Below are positions 36,280 through 49,129 of a DNA stretch of 64,000 nucleotides, piece after piece (position 1 is the stretch's first letter; every line of letters starts with the position of its first letter). A model generated the notes under the pieces. It ran no database searches. It was not told the DNA's origin and worked only from the letters and a program-made list of their open reading frames with translations. A program made the position numbers and the translations under genes. Source of the stretch: Octopus sinensis (lineage: Eukaryota); contig NC_042999.1 of the NCBI RefSeq assembly GCF_006345805.1, forward strand, positions 36,890,001 to 36,954,000. The letters run 5' to 3'.

Positions 36280-37580
36280 ACCACACACACACAGACACAC
36301 ACACACAGAGACACACACACACACACACATGTTTTTTTTGTTGTTGTAATGATAAATGTTTATTTACAATACTAACACTATAACCACAACTTCCCCGATA
36401 TGGTAAAACATCGAAAAACACGGCATGTGGTATTCAGCTTACGTCCCTACAACTTAATTTCAAATCCTTCAACAGATCGATGTACTATTCCACATTTCCT
36501 TTCAAAATGTATGGCCTTCTATGTAGTAGTAGCATTGTCCTCGCATTTGTAGTTTCCTATTTGTTTTAAATTTTCTAGGAAGTAAAATGTTTGAAAACTA
36601 ACATATTCAACAACAGAATTTAGTTCTATACATTGAAACTTGTGCAGAACTAAACATTTAATAGCTTAGACATGCTGTATGTAGTATAGCATATTTCAAA
36701 AACAAAATCAGTTAGTTATCAGCTTGCTTGCTGCACAGTAGCTAATTTGTGGGTGTGTTCCCAATAAAACGTCATCTTAAACCATAGATGATAAATGACG
36801 GATTTCCGCCGCGAAATATTGATAAAGCAAATTGTAAATAAGATAGATAATCCACACTGAATCCGCACAATGAGACGTTAATATTAATTATTAAACGTAA
36901 CAAATCAATATCAACTGTTAATGTTAGAAATCAATAATTAACTTCTGTTTTTCTTTAACATAATTAATTAGGCTTTGTAAACTCGACCAATAATATATGT
37001 ATATGATAAGCAGTAGTAAACAAGCATTTCTCAACTAGATAAACATTGAGGTGGGGTGCCAGGAAGGTTCACGTGTCCTCTAAGCACCGAGAGGATAGCA
37101 AAGCCATGTGTATGACCTACTTTGCGACCATTAAAAAAAGTTCTTATAATAGAACGGATGTGCCAAGAATAATGTTTCTAGCTTCGCTCAATTATTTTTC
37201 TTGGGGTATCTCCAAATGTTTGTTTATTGATATATTTAAAGTGAGAGCGGGTAAAACAACAACACCAACCAACGGCTCAATTAACAAGACAAAGCAGCGT
37301 TTTATAACAAACTAAATCTATTTATATAATAATAGTTTTTGTAAACTCTTTCCTTAGGTTTGATTGCCAGAAATTAAGCAAAGTGGAATTGGGGGAGGGA
37401 AATCAGAAATATAGATTCTTTTTCGGGTACAAGAAACTTCGAATACAGTCTCTCAGTTTTGAATAAATATATTTCCACTTCTACCTTATAACATTGAGTA
37501 CTACTTTTCTACCTAATTGCATTTCGTACCAATGTGACAGTGCCATCTTACCCTCTCTTTCTCCCTCCCTACCTTTCTCT

Positions 37581-37680
<100 letters not shown>

Positions 37681-37685
37681 ATATT

Positions 37686-37865
37686 CTTGGTGAAGTTAAT
37701 CCAAACAAGAAAGCACAAAAAAACACAACAACGCGAGGACGTGGAACAAATATAGTATTATTGGACGCACAGGAAAGAAGGAAGGTTTAACGTTTCGAGC
37801 GGAGCTCTTCGTCGGAAACATAGGAGAAGGAAAGATCCAGAGAAGGGAAGACAGAGGGAAAAAAA
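37686..37865 (-). mobile_element. Penelope-like terminal fragment with a hammerhead-like motif
   Basis: Adjacent to (TA)n and contains the motif at 37785-37819. Confidence 0.55.
37785..37819 (-). ncRNA. Minimal type I hammerhead ribozyme-like motif
   Basis: GUUU-CCGACGA-A-GAGC(UCC)GCUC-GAAAC-GUU-AAAC. Confidence 0.55.
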
Positions 37866-37866
37866 G

Positions 37867-37964
37867 GGGTTTAACTTTGTAGCATATCATCAGACCTCAA
37901 GGCCTGTTGGCCTAAAGAGGTCATAGGCCAACAGGTCTTGGGGTCTGACAATAAAGTTAAACCC
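37867..37964. repeat. Fold-back element (palindromic MITE-like hairpin)
   Basis: 25-bp inner stem (37890-37914 / 37924-37948) with a 9-nt loop, plus a 12-bp outer stem. Confidence 0.8.
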
Positions 37965-38737
37965 TTTACGGACGGGTAACCCCATAAGCATTCACCAGGA
38001 AAAAATATAGACTGCTCCACTTCTTAGAGTGTGCTTCTTCTCCGGATTTATGTTTTTCTAAAAGTAATATATATATATACTCTCTTTACTCTTTTACTTG
38101 TTTCAGTCATTTGACTGCGGCCATACTGGAGCACCGCCTTTAGTCGAGCAACTCGACCCCAGGACTTATTCTTTCGTAAGCCCAGTACTTGTTCTATCGG
38201 TCTCTTTTGCCGAACCGCTAAGTGACGGGGATATAACCACACCAGCATCAGTTGTCAAGCAACGCTAGGGGGACAAACACAGACACACAAACACACACAC
38301 GCACATATATATATATATATATATACGACGGGCTTCTTTCAGTTTCCGTCTAAATCCTAAATCTAATTTTTCCCTGTAAGTTTGGATATACTCCCTAATA
38401 TTATATATATATATATTCTGACGTCATAAGGTTTTATAAACTTTGAGAGAACATGAATTCTTTTTTTTATTTTTTGGAATAGTGGCTTTTGAAGCAAATG
38501 GTAACGCTATAAATAACAGTGTTCAAATATTGGACAGAAAAAGTCGAAGGTTGCCCATGGGATACAAAACCAAATCTCCAGTAAATATGACAGGCGTTCT
38601 ACCATTGACACACACACACTACGTCAGAAATTACACGCACACACACAAATGTATACTAGCATAGCACACCCCAGAAATCAACTTAATGTGTGTGAAAGAG
38701 CAAGTTAGAAAGAGTGTCATTGGCTTATATAGAGGTA

Positions 38738-39134
38738 CTAGCAGTATCGCCCGGCGTTGCTCGGGCTTGTAAGGGAAATAACTATATAAGCATTTTTAGA
38801 GAGTTATAGCCAAAAAGTAGCAAAAAAATGCATTAAAAATGGAAAAAAAATGATGGTAAATTTTTTTTTAAATCGTTGACTCATCGTAGACAATTTTAGA
38901 GAGTTACTTCCCTTATATAATAGCGAAAAAAACGCATTAAAATGGAAAAAAATGATGGTAAATTTTTTTTTAAATCTTAGACTCATCGCACACGCGCGCT
39001 AATACCCAGAAGGGCTCAATATGAATCACGACAATATGAATCACGACTGGTTAAACTGCACCGCAAAATGTGGGAGTAGTTAGGAATCTAAATCGTAGGA
39101 GACAGACACACAACCTCTCTTTTATATATAAAGA
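38738..39134 (-). mobile_element. Non-autonomous Helitron with ~110-bp internal tandem duplication
   Basis: TC start, CCCGAGCAACGCCGGG hairpin and CTAG end. Same family as 17209-17517. Confidence 0.8.
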
Positions 39135-40199
39135 TATAGATGGAGCTAAGCTGATGGCAGAAGTAAGAGTAATTAGGTTTGATAAAGAGAATGAAAATGA
39201 GACATGTCTCCTGAGTCTGTACAATGAAGGCTCTTGTGTGCTTATCATCTAATCCTTGGGGAGAGACAGATAGAAAGAGAGGGTCTTTTCTATTGCTGTC
39301 ACAGATTTTGAAATCTTAAAATCAAGTGAAAATTATCAAATTTCATATATTGATGTAATTTTTCATACTAAATCTGATTTTGTGATTTATTTATTCCAGA
39401 AGAATTTTAGGAAAATATATAGGAGTGGCTGAGTGGTAAGTAGCTTGCTTACAAACCACATGGTTCCGGGTTCAGTCCCACTGTGTGGCATCTTGGGCAA
39501 GTGCCTTCTACTATAGCCTTGGGCTGACCAAAGCCTTCTGAGTGGATTTGGTAGATGGAAACTGAAAGAAGCCTGTCGTATATATGTTATATATATGTAT
39601 ATTTATGTGTGTTTACATGTTTGAGTGTCTGTGTTTGTCCCCCCAACATTGCTTGACAACCGATGGTGGTGTGTTTACATCCCCGTAACTTAGTGGTTCG
39701 GCAAAAGATACCGATAGAATAAGTACTAAGCTTACAAAGAATAAGTCCTGGGGTTGATTTGCTTGCCTAAAGGCGGTGCTCCAGCATGGCCACAGTCAAA
39801 TGACTGAAACAAGTGAAAGGGAGATATTCAAAGTTTGATAACTTTTACCAAATTAGAAAAAAAGGATTTGGAAGATAGCATTTTCTGTGTGATAGCTGCC
39901 TATCGTAAAATGAAAGCAAACACATTATAGCGGCAAAGTTTAAAACAAAACAAAAGCAATTACATATCATATCGAGAGAGAGGGGTGGAGGTGAACAGCA
40001 TGAGTGAGTGATATATACATAGAGAAAGAGTGAGAGAGACAGAGAAAATGAGATTATAATTTTTGATTATCATTTATCAAAATCCTTTTTGACATGCAGA
40101 TTTTGAAAATCAAATCCAAGAAATTGAGCTAGTGAAAGTTTGAGTCGAGAGAAGTTGTCTCATAGTCGCTCTTATTGTAACCTTCTTTCTCCCTCTGGC

Positions 40200-41366
40200 C
40201 ATTTGCCTTTAGTGACTGCCTGCTTGTGACCATGACTAATTGATCTGTTCACTAACTTCTAATTTTTTCACAATGCGCGCTCAGAATTGGTCCTTTCACA
40301 CTGGCCATTCTTCCAACATTCACCCATCTTTCAACAAACTTGCTAAAAGACAATACTTCCCTCTCCACCCACAGCTTCCTTTTCAAGTGAAACTTGAAAA
40401 AGTTGATAAGGCCTTGGCCAAAGAGGAAAGTGCCTGTCTTTAGCCCTTTCAATCGGGTCCACCATACTACCTCTTTCGCTACAGCCACTAGACAAATAAA
40501 AATTGCCTACCCCTCCTGGTCAAAAGAGGGTGGTGGAGAAATCTTCACAATGGATTCAGCTGATAGCTGGATCTGTCCCACACATGACAATAGGTGTTCA
40601 ACATAAACCTAAAGGTCAGCAATACTTGAAAAAGTTGATGAGGGCTTGGCCAAAGAGGAAAGTGTCTGTCTTTAGCCCTTTCAATCCACACTGCCTCTTT
40701 TGCTACAACCACTAGACAAATAAAAATTGCCTGCCCCTCCCGGTCAAAAGAGGGTGGCGGGGCAATCTTCACAATGGATTCAGCTGATAGCCGGATCCAT
40801 CCCACACACGACAGCAGGTGTTCAATATAAACCTACTGGTCAGCAATACTTGGGCACTGGACTAAGGTAATACAGAATGGTTTCATCGTTCTGGGTGCAC
40901 CTCGGGCAGGACCGGCTGATGGCAGTGCTTCTAAAGTTTATCCTGAACAGGCAGCGCCCCTCAGTAGCACTATCAGGCAAGGGATTACTGGAAGTTATCC
41001 ATAGGCCCAGGCCTGAAAGTTCTCTGAAACAGACCGGTTAGTTGATCTTCATCAATGCCCAGAGTTTCCCCGAGAATGTTGTTGCGCTTTCCCTCCACTA
41101 GCTCTCTATAGAACTGCTCTTCACCAGAAGATGCAGCCTTAACACTTCTGGAACTACCACCAACCACATTGCCCGCCTGGCAGAGGGCTGTGAGCACTTG
41201 AAGGCACTCAAGGTGCCAAGCACCCCTCCTCAGTCTACACCTAATCCAGGATTGCAGCTCTGTCAAAGAGATGAGCAGTGGAAAAGTATGCCTGACAAAC
41301 GGTGATAACACCTGCTCACTGTCAAGGAAACGCTGGAGATGCTGCAACCTCAGTGCATGTCTGCAC
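40200..41366 (-). mobile_element. L1/Tx1-like LINE ORF2 3' fragment with internal tandem duplication
   Basis: PMDNFQ...ALPV...SCPRCTQNDETIL...CPSIAD (zf-RVT-like), then RLSAESIVKIAPPPSF...FFKFHLKRKL. Duplicated block at 40397-40628 / 40629-40852. Confidence 0.75.
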
Positions 41367-41681
41367 TGTGGTCAATGAAGAGAGAGAAATACAAAAGTTG
41401 TGGTCAATGAAGAGAAGGAAATACGAAGTTTGTGGTCAATGAAGAGGGTAGACGTGATACCAATAGTAATTGGTGCACTTGGAAGTATCAGCACTCATGG
41501 CTGAAAAAGATTGGTGCAAGTGTGAAGGTAGAACACCTACAAAAATCAGCATAGCTTGGAACTGCAAGAATTCTTCACAGAGTTCTTGAAGCATGACCAA
41601 TAAACAAGTATCACCTTAGTCTGCTGGCTGTGGACAGCTGACACTTTCCATCATACCTAGTAAAATAAGCTGTGAGCTTTC

Positions 41682-41727
<46 letters not shown>

Positions 41728-41728
41728 C
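41367..41728 (+). mobile_element. R4/Dong-like RLE retrotransposon 3' end with (TAA)n tail
   Basis: LWSMKRVDVIPIVIGALGS...HLQKSA.LGTARILHRVLEA-stop (41594-41596), short 3' UTR, then (AAT)n. Confidence 0.75.
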
Positions 41729-43660
41729 CTTTCTACTGGAAGCACAAGGCCTCAAATTAAGGGGAAGGGGTTAAGTTAATTACATTGACCCCAGAATGTA
41801 ACTGGTACATAATTTATCAATCCCGAAAGGATAAAAGACAAAGTCAACTATAGGGGAATTTGAACTCATATATAGTGATGGACAAAATACCGCTAAGCCT
41901 TTTGCCCAGTATGCTAACGATTCTGCCAGCTTGCCACCTTTATTGATTTCAAAATAATAAACTAGGCAAATAACCCCAAAATGTTACCAGCATTCAAAAA
42001 TTATCCATTGAGTTTGTAATGATGCAACTGATAACTAACCCAAACAAAATCTGAGTTCACACTGACAATTCATCAACAATAACGATATTTAATTACAACT
42101 GAGTAGTTTCAAGCATCATTGGTCGAGGGAAAGAAGTAATGCTACATAGCCTATATACTCAAAAGATGTAATTATTATGTTATCGACTCATTCATATTCC
42201 ACCTCGTGATCGATGTCACAAACACAAGCAATACAGCAGCTAAAAGAAATTTATTTAACTTTTATAGATCATCATCATCATCATCATCCTTTAATGTCCA
42301 TTTTCCACGCCAACACGGGTTGAACGGTTTGACCAGAGCTGGTAAACAGGAGAGCTGCACCAGGTTCCAGTCTGATTTGACTTGGTTTCTACAGCTTGAT
42401 GCTCTTCCTGATACCAACAACTTTACAGTGTGTGCTGGGTGCTTTTAATGTAGCACTGACACGAGTGCTCTTACGTGGCACTGACATGACTGCTTTTTAT
42501 ATGGCACTGGCACAGGACCATTGTAGGTTATCCCCCTTCACTACAGGATGTGGCCTTAACACTTCTGCTGTAGAGGACGGGTCTTCATATGGGTGTTAGA
42601 CTTAATTTGTTACTCATTTACTTGTTTCAGTCATTTGACTGCGGCTATGCAGGAGCATCGCCTTTAATCGAGCAACTGAACCCCGGGACTTATTCTTTTG
42701 TAAGCCCAGTACTTATTCTATCGGTTTCTTTTGCCGAACCGCTAAGTAACGGGGACATAAACACACCAGCATCGGTTGTCAAGCAATGCTAGGGGGACAA
42801 ACATAGACACATAAACACACACACGCATATATATATATACATATATACAACGGGCTTCTTTCAGTTTCCATCTACCAAATCCACTCACAAAGCTTTGGTC
42901 GGCCCGAGGCTATAGTAGAAGACACTTGCCCAAGGTGCCACGCAGTGGGACTGAACCCGGAACTATGTGGTTGGTAAACAAGCTACTTACCACACAGCCA
43001 CTCCTGCGCCTGTTCAATTTAACATCATATCTGGGCACTTAGGTGCCATTAGAGGTTTCTGGCTTAAGCTCAAGAGCAGCAATTTTGAGAGGAAGAATTT
43101 AGTCATTATCTTCGACTCCAATATTTGACAGTGTTCTTTATTCTATTGGCGCTGAAAGGATGAAAGGCAAATTTGATCTTGGTGGGATTTGAACTCAGAA
43201 TGTAAAGAGCTGAAACAAATACCGCAAAGTATTTTCCGACATTGAAACGATTCTGCCAGCTCACTGACCTTAATGGTTTCTGATTTAGGCACAAGGCCAG
43301 TAATTTTGAAGGGGAAGGGTTAATCGATACCATTGACACTAATGCATTACTGGTATTTATTTTATCAATTCCGAAAGGATGAAAGGTAAAATTGACTTCA
43401 GTGAGGTTTGAAATCAGAATGTAATGAGCCAGAAGTAATAATGTATAACATTTTTCACACCAACGTTCTAACGAATAGGTAGAGGCATGTCTGAGTAGTA
43501 GGAAGTTAGTTTCCCAACCACATGGTTCCAGGTTTAGTCCCATTGCTTGGTACCTTGGGAAAGTGTCTTCAACTATAGCCTCAGGCCAACTAAAGCCTTG
43601 TGAGTGGATTTGTTAGATGGAAACTGAAAGAAACCCATCATATATATAAAGATATATATG

Positions 43661-43691
<31 letters not shown>

Positions 43692-45329
43692 TTATGTATG
43701 TATGTATGTATGTATGTATGTATGTATGTATGTATGTATGTATGAATATATGTATGTATGTGAGTGTGTGTGGGGGTACATGCGTCTTTGTGTCTGTGTT
43801 TATCCCCCACCACCGCTTGACAACTGATAATTGTTTGTTTACATCCTCATAACTTAGCGGTTCAGCAAAAGAGAAGATTCATCCGACTAAAAAAATTTCT
43901 TCAAGGCAGTGCCCCAGCATGGCCACAGTTCAGTGACTGAAGCAAGTAAAAGATAAAAGATATTCTACAAGCTCTCCACTTTTTTAGGTGCTTTTAATGA
44001 AGTTCACTTTGTTCCCTAGTACTCTCACCAGGTTTTCCAGTGTGAGGATAATTTCCACTCATCCCTCAACCAACCTTGGAGACCCTGAAAAATATCTTAG
44101 GAGCTACTCTTCCTTCTCTATTGAAAGAAAAGAAGAACACACATTTATATGACGATATTTCATATTTTGTACACTTAATATGGCAGACAAAATGGAACAT
44201 ACTACACTAATTGAAAGTTAGAAAGCAAACAAATAATCGTTTATAATAGGGTAAAATCCTCAGGGATCGATAATAAAGTTACAGGTACAGCACTGATTCC
44301 ACGGAACTTTTGATTCCATAGCTTTTTTGGATTACTGATTTTTCTGAACCAGGAGTAGTGGAGATCATCTAAGACAACACACTCTAAATTTTTTTAAAAC
44401 GGTTTCAAATTTTGGCACAAGACCAGCAATTTTAGGGAAGGGGTAAGTCGATTATATTGACCCCATTGTTCAACTAGTATTTTTTTTATCGACTCCGAAA
44501 GGATGAAGGGCATAGTCGACAGCAGTGGAATTTGAACTCAGAATGTAAAGATGGACAAAATACCTATTTCTTTACCAACCACAAGGGGCTAAACACAGAG
44601 GGGACAAACAAGGACAGACAAATGGATTAAGTCGATTACATCGACCCCAGTGCGTAACTGGTACTTATTTAATTGACCCTGAAAGGATGCAAGGCAAAAT
44701 CGACCTTGGCGGAATTTGAACTCAGAACATAGCAGCAGATGAAATACCACTAAGCATTTTTCCCGATGGGCTAACAATTCTGTCAGCTAACCGCCTTTAA
44801 ATTATGTAAATCTTAAATCTGGTTAATTAAATGGAATACAGGTACATGAACATTAGTAAGTAATAAACAATGCAAGTTTCTTATTACTGTACAGTGCAAG
44901 GTATTAGTCTGTGCAGGCTACCAGTAAACTAGACTGGTGACCGGCGGGAATTTGAAGTTCCCGCTCATAAATGAGAGTGGATTACAAGAGGTTCTGGACC
45001 ATCATTGTCCGGAGAGAGGGGTGGAATTATCAAACTGACCGTTTTCAAGGAAGAAAAATCGAGTCAAATGACAAAATCAACTTTGGAATAAAATGCACGC
45101 GTGCGCACATAGCTACGCATATGGTGTCTCTTTTACTTGTTTCAGTCATTTGACTGCGGCCATGCTGGAGCACCGCCTTTAATCGAACAACTCGGGCCCC
45201 GGGACTTATTCTTTTGTAAGCCCAGTACTTATTCTATCGGTCTCTTTTGCCGAACCGCTAAGTAACAGGGACATAAACACACCAGCATCGGTTGTCAAGC
45301 AATGCTAGGGGGACAAACACAGACACACA

Positions 45330-45379
<50 letters not shown>

Positions 45380-47004
45380 TACGACAGGCTTCTTTCAGCT
45401 TCCGTCTACCAAATCCACTCACAAGGCTTTGGTCGGCCCGAAGAAGACACTTGCCCAAGGTGCCATGCAGTGGGACTGAACCCGGAACCATGTGGCAAGA
45501 AAGCAAACTTCTAACCGCAGAGCCACTCCTGTGTGCAAACATATTATATGTACCAACTTCGAAAGATCGCCACTAGAGCACTTATATGAAGCTCGTCAGT
45601 GAGCAGTTTTAAATTTAGGCAGACTTTTGGAATTAAACCACTGAAAGTCCCAGATCTCATGAGGAAAAAAGGCTAGTTTTCTTTCTTTCTTTTTTCGAAT
45701 TCTTGCGCTTCCTACAACAAAGATTGCAATTCTAAAAAATTTTGTTTTTAAATTTCAATTTTTCACAACCACTTTTGATATCTGTATATTCAGTGCACTG
45801 AATGTACATATGCATTGTCATATATAACGTGAGTTGAAGACATCTTTTGGGTAAGTGAAATTCATGTAATCACATTAGAAGATCTACTACTCCCTAAATA
45901 TCTTTTATAATGCATTGACATGGAATTGCAAATGGAGAAAAACCTGTAATCCGACGAAACTGATATTGGTTCGCGTCAGTAACACTGAGTGTACAGGATA
46001 GTCGATAGAAGAGTTCAATAAGTTTAATTGTTGTGAGGGTGGAAGGGCCTAACATGTCTGGCTCCTGTTTCTCCTCTGATAGTGAAAGAGAGACGAAAAG
46101 TAGTTTTTTGGTTTTTTTTTGGAGTTGCAGACGAGTAAAATGATGATGGAATTGATGTGGAAAGTGAAACTGGAAGCTGAGGAGGTCAGCGAGGAGAACT
46201 CAGCAGGGGAGCTTAGAACAGGAGTAATGGGAAAGCCAATGCCTGAAGTCAGGCTGAGGGGGAAAAGATGGGGTTCAAATAAGGAGGGAAGAAAAGGAAA
46301 CTCTACCCTGCCCCGGTAAATAGAGGGAGGAAGACACAAAGAGGAACTGCACCTAGAAAGCTATTTGAAATTATTTAACGCTGTATAAAATCAAAGGATA
46401 TATCTATAGATTTTTAGCTAACACTATGTATAAACATGCTCGAATATATCGTATCTTTGTATAGCATTGAAAGAACAACATGGTTAACGCATGAGAAATT
46501 TATTAAAATTATTTAAGTGAAAGGCATTAATATAAAATTCTTAATTTATAGAAGAGATAATGTGGAGAGTGAGAGAGTAGGGTCAGTCAGAGAGAAGCAT
46601 TATGAGAGAAGGTCAGATGTCTGGGTTAGCGAGGCAGTGAAAGAGAAGGAAGTTGGAGAAAAGGGAAGGTAGAAAGAAGCAATGCCTTAAGCAAGGCAAA
46701 GTGGAGTTCAATGTGAAGAGGGAGATGTGATGGGGGTGTAAATAAAAGCTGCAAGAGACAAAGAGTAACTGCACCGAGAAAGGTTATTTGCGTATAAACG
46801 CACCCAAGAATATTCTGAATTTAGAATGGTCAATTTTATTTGGACTATAGTAGTAGTAACTCATATACAGATCCGCGTGTGTCTGATATATTATATATAT
46901 TATATATATCGCCTTTGGTAATACCGCGAGCGTGCTGGCTTGCTTTAGTTGATTCCATCGGGTTTTTTCCTCCCTATTATGTATATACACACACACAAAC
47001 ATAC

Positions 47005-47039
<35 letters not shown>

Positions 47040-47276
47040 CAGTGTTGGCCAAATGTTACCTGACAGTAAATCAAAACCATTTTATTTCAGGATTTATTTA
47101 TGTTTTAATAACTCAATGAATTTAATAAAAGCATCTAAATATAAAACATCATGATAGTTGTTCAAACTGAAGTCCCCCTTGAGCGACACATTTTTCCATT
47201 CGAGTCAATAGAGAATTACAGATAGTATATATTAAGGAATTTTGATTTACTGTCGGGTGACTTTTGGCAAACCCTG
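47040..47276. mobile_element. Tc1/mariner MITE (237 bp), TA TSD
   Basis: 37-bp TIRs CAGTGTTGGCCAAATGTTACCTGACAGTAAATCAAAA versus the complementary end (5 mismatches), flanked by TA. Confidence 0.85.
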
Positions 47277-48586
47277 TATGTATATCTATATACATACACA
47301 CACATACATACATGCATATATATATATATGCGTGTGTGATACCTATTATTTTATATGGAGAGAGATACGCAGCTCGCACACATACTATAATGATATATTG
47401 AAGAAAACGACACATTTTATTTTAATATAAAGGAAGATGACGCAGAATGTGCGCTTGTGTAGAGTAGGGACATCGTATTTCTTTACTTCCCACAAGGGGC
47501 TAAACACAGAGGGGACAAACAAGGACAGACAAACGGATTAAGACGATTACATCGACCCCAGTGCGCAAATGGTACTTAATTTATCGACCCCGAAAGGATG
47601 AAAGGCAAAGTCGACCTCGGCGGGGAGGAAGAATCACAGAAAGTTGAGACATTCATACTTTGCGGCGGAGCAGAAGTTCCCATGCTGTGCAGATACAGCT
47701 TGTTAAAATGGTCTATTTTAGCTGGATTTTCTCTAAGCTACTATTTACACCCCTTATGTGCCAACATAAGGGGTGTGAAGATATAACACATAACATTCAC
47801 TTTAAAATATAACGGTTTTTCCCAACCGGTTTACCTCACGAACTCACTACAGATGTGACTTTATCAGAACAACTTTCATATGGGGGAAACAATACAACGA
47901 TCGGATCTAATAATATATTGTGTTGTATTCACGAGCCCATAGCCTAAATTTCCGATCCGATAAGAAGAATAAGAATGAAACAGTAATATGCGAAGAGGCT
48001 TTTTGACGTCGGAAGATATTAAATACAAATAATTTCTCAAAGTTGAATTATTTTGTGGTGAAGAAGAGGAAGAGAGATTTCAGAGAGAAACCCTCTTCGA
48101 CATTGTTCTACTGGAAACCTTAGACTTTTCATCTTCAATACAAAATATTTCCAGTTAACGAACTTTTATTCGAAGCTGTTTCTCCACTTATATTGAATGA
48201 GTAGTACACCGTAAGAAGGGTATCCAGTTATAAAAGATATTGCACCAATATAAGCTGCTCCAACCTTGTTACCAAGGAAACATACAAGCAACGTCACTAT
48301 TTTATTCACTATACATACCTACTGCTAACCTTCGTAAGAAATTTTCTATTTTCTACATAAAATCTAGGCCTTTGATCTATTGAAGTATCATTTGGCGTGT
48401 GCGGGAAGGAGTCGTAGAATGTGTGTATGTATATAAGAGAGACAGGGGTAGAGTGGAGTCGGTGTATACAGCAGAGAGAAAGAGGGAGTGTATATAGCAA
48501 AAATAGAGGGAATGCGTATGTATGTGAGAGAGGGGGGGAAAAGTGAGTGCGCATGTGTATATGAGGGAAACTGTGATAATATACAG

Positions 48587-48624
<38 letters not shown>

Positions 48625-49129
48625 TATATATAGGGAGAGCGAGAGAAGAAAACTGCGAGAAAGAGAGAGAGAGAGAGAGAGAAGGGAAGGATCGGGATAC
48701 GTTTATGTGTCTATGAAGGTGCGAGGTAAATACAGACTGAAGACGTCTACTAAACACGATATACACGCACGCGTATGTGTGTATATAATCCTTACACCCA
48801 CACCATTGTTTTTTTTTTTTACGAGGACTATAAACAAGAAGCTCTAATATTACTACTGAATTCTAAGCATCTTTAGTAACTCCAGTCAGTGAATTGTTGT
48901 AAATACGCATCAACTTTTAAATGTAACCTAGATATGTAAAACGAGGGCAAGTGAAAGGTCACGATGCCATAATCAGAAATGATACCGCAATAAGTTGTAA
49001 AACGATACTGCATTCACCAACATCAGAATGGATCTCACAAATTAGGACAGTTTGCTGGAATAACGTTACTTCACGTAACAGGTGGAGATCAGGCTTATAA
49101 CGAAGAGAGAGAGGAGCCTAATGCACGGT

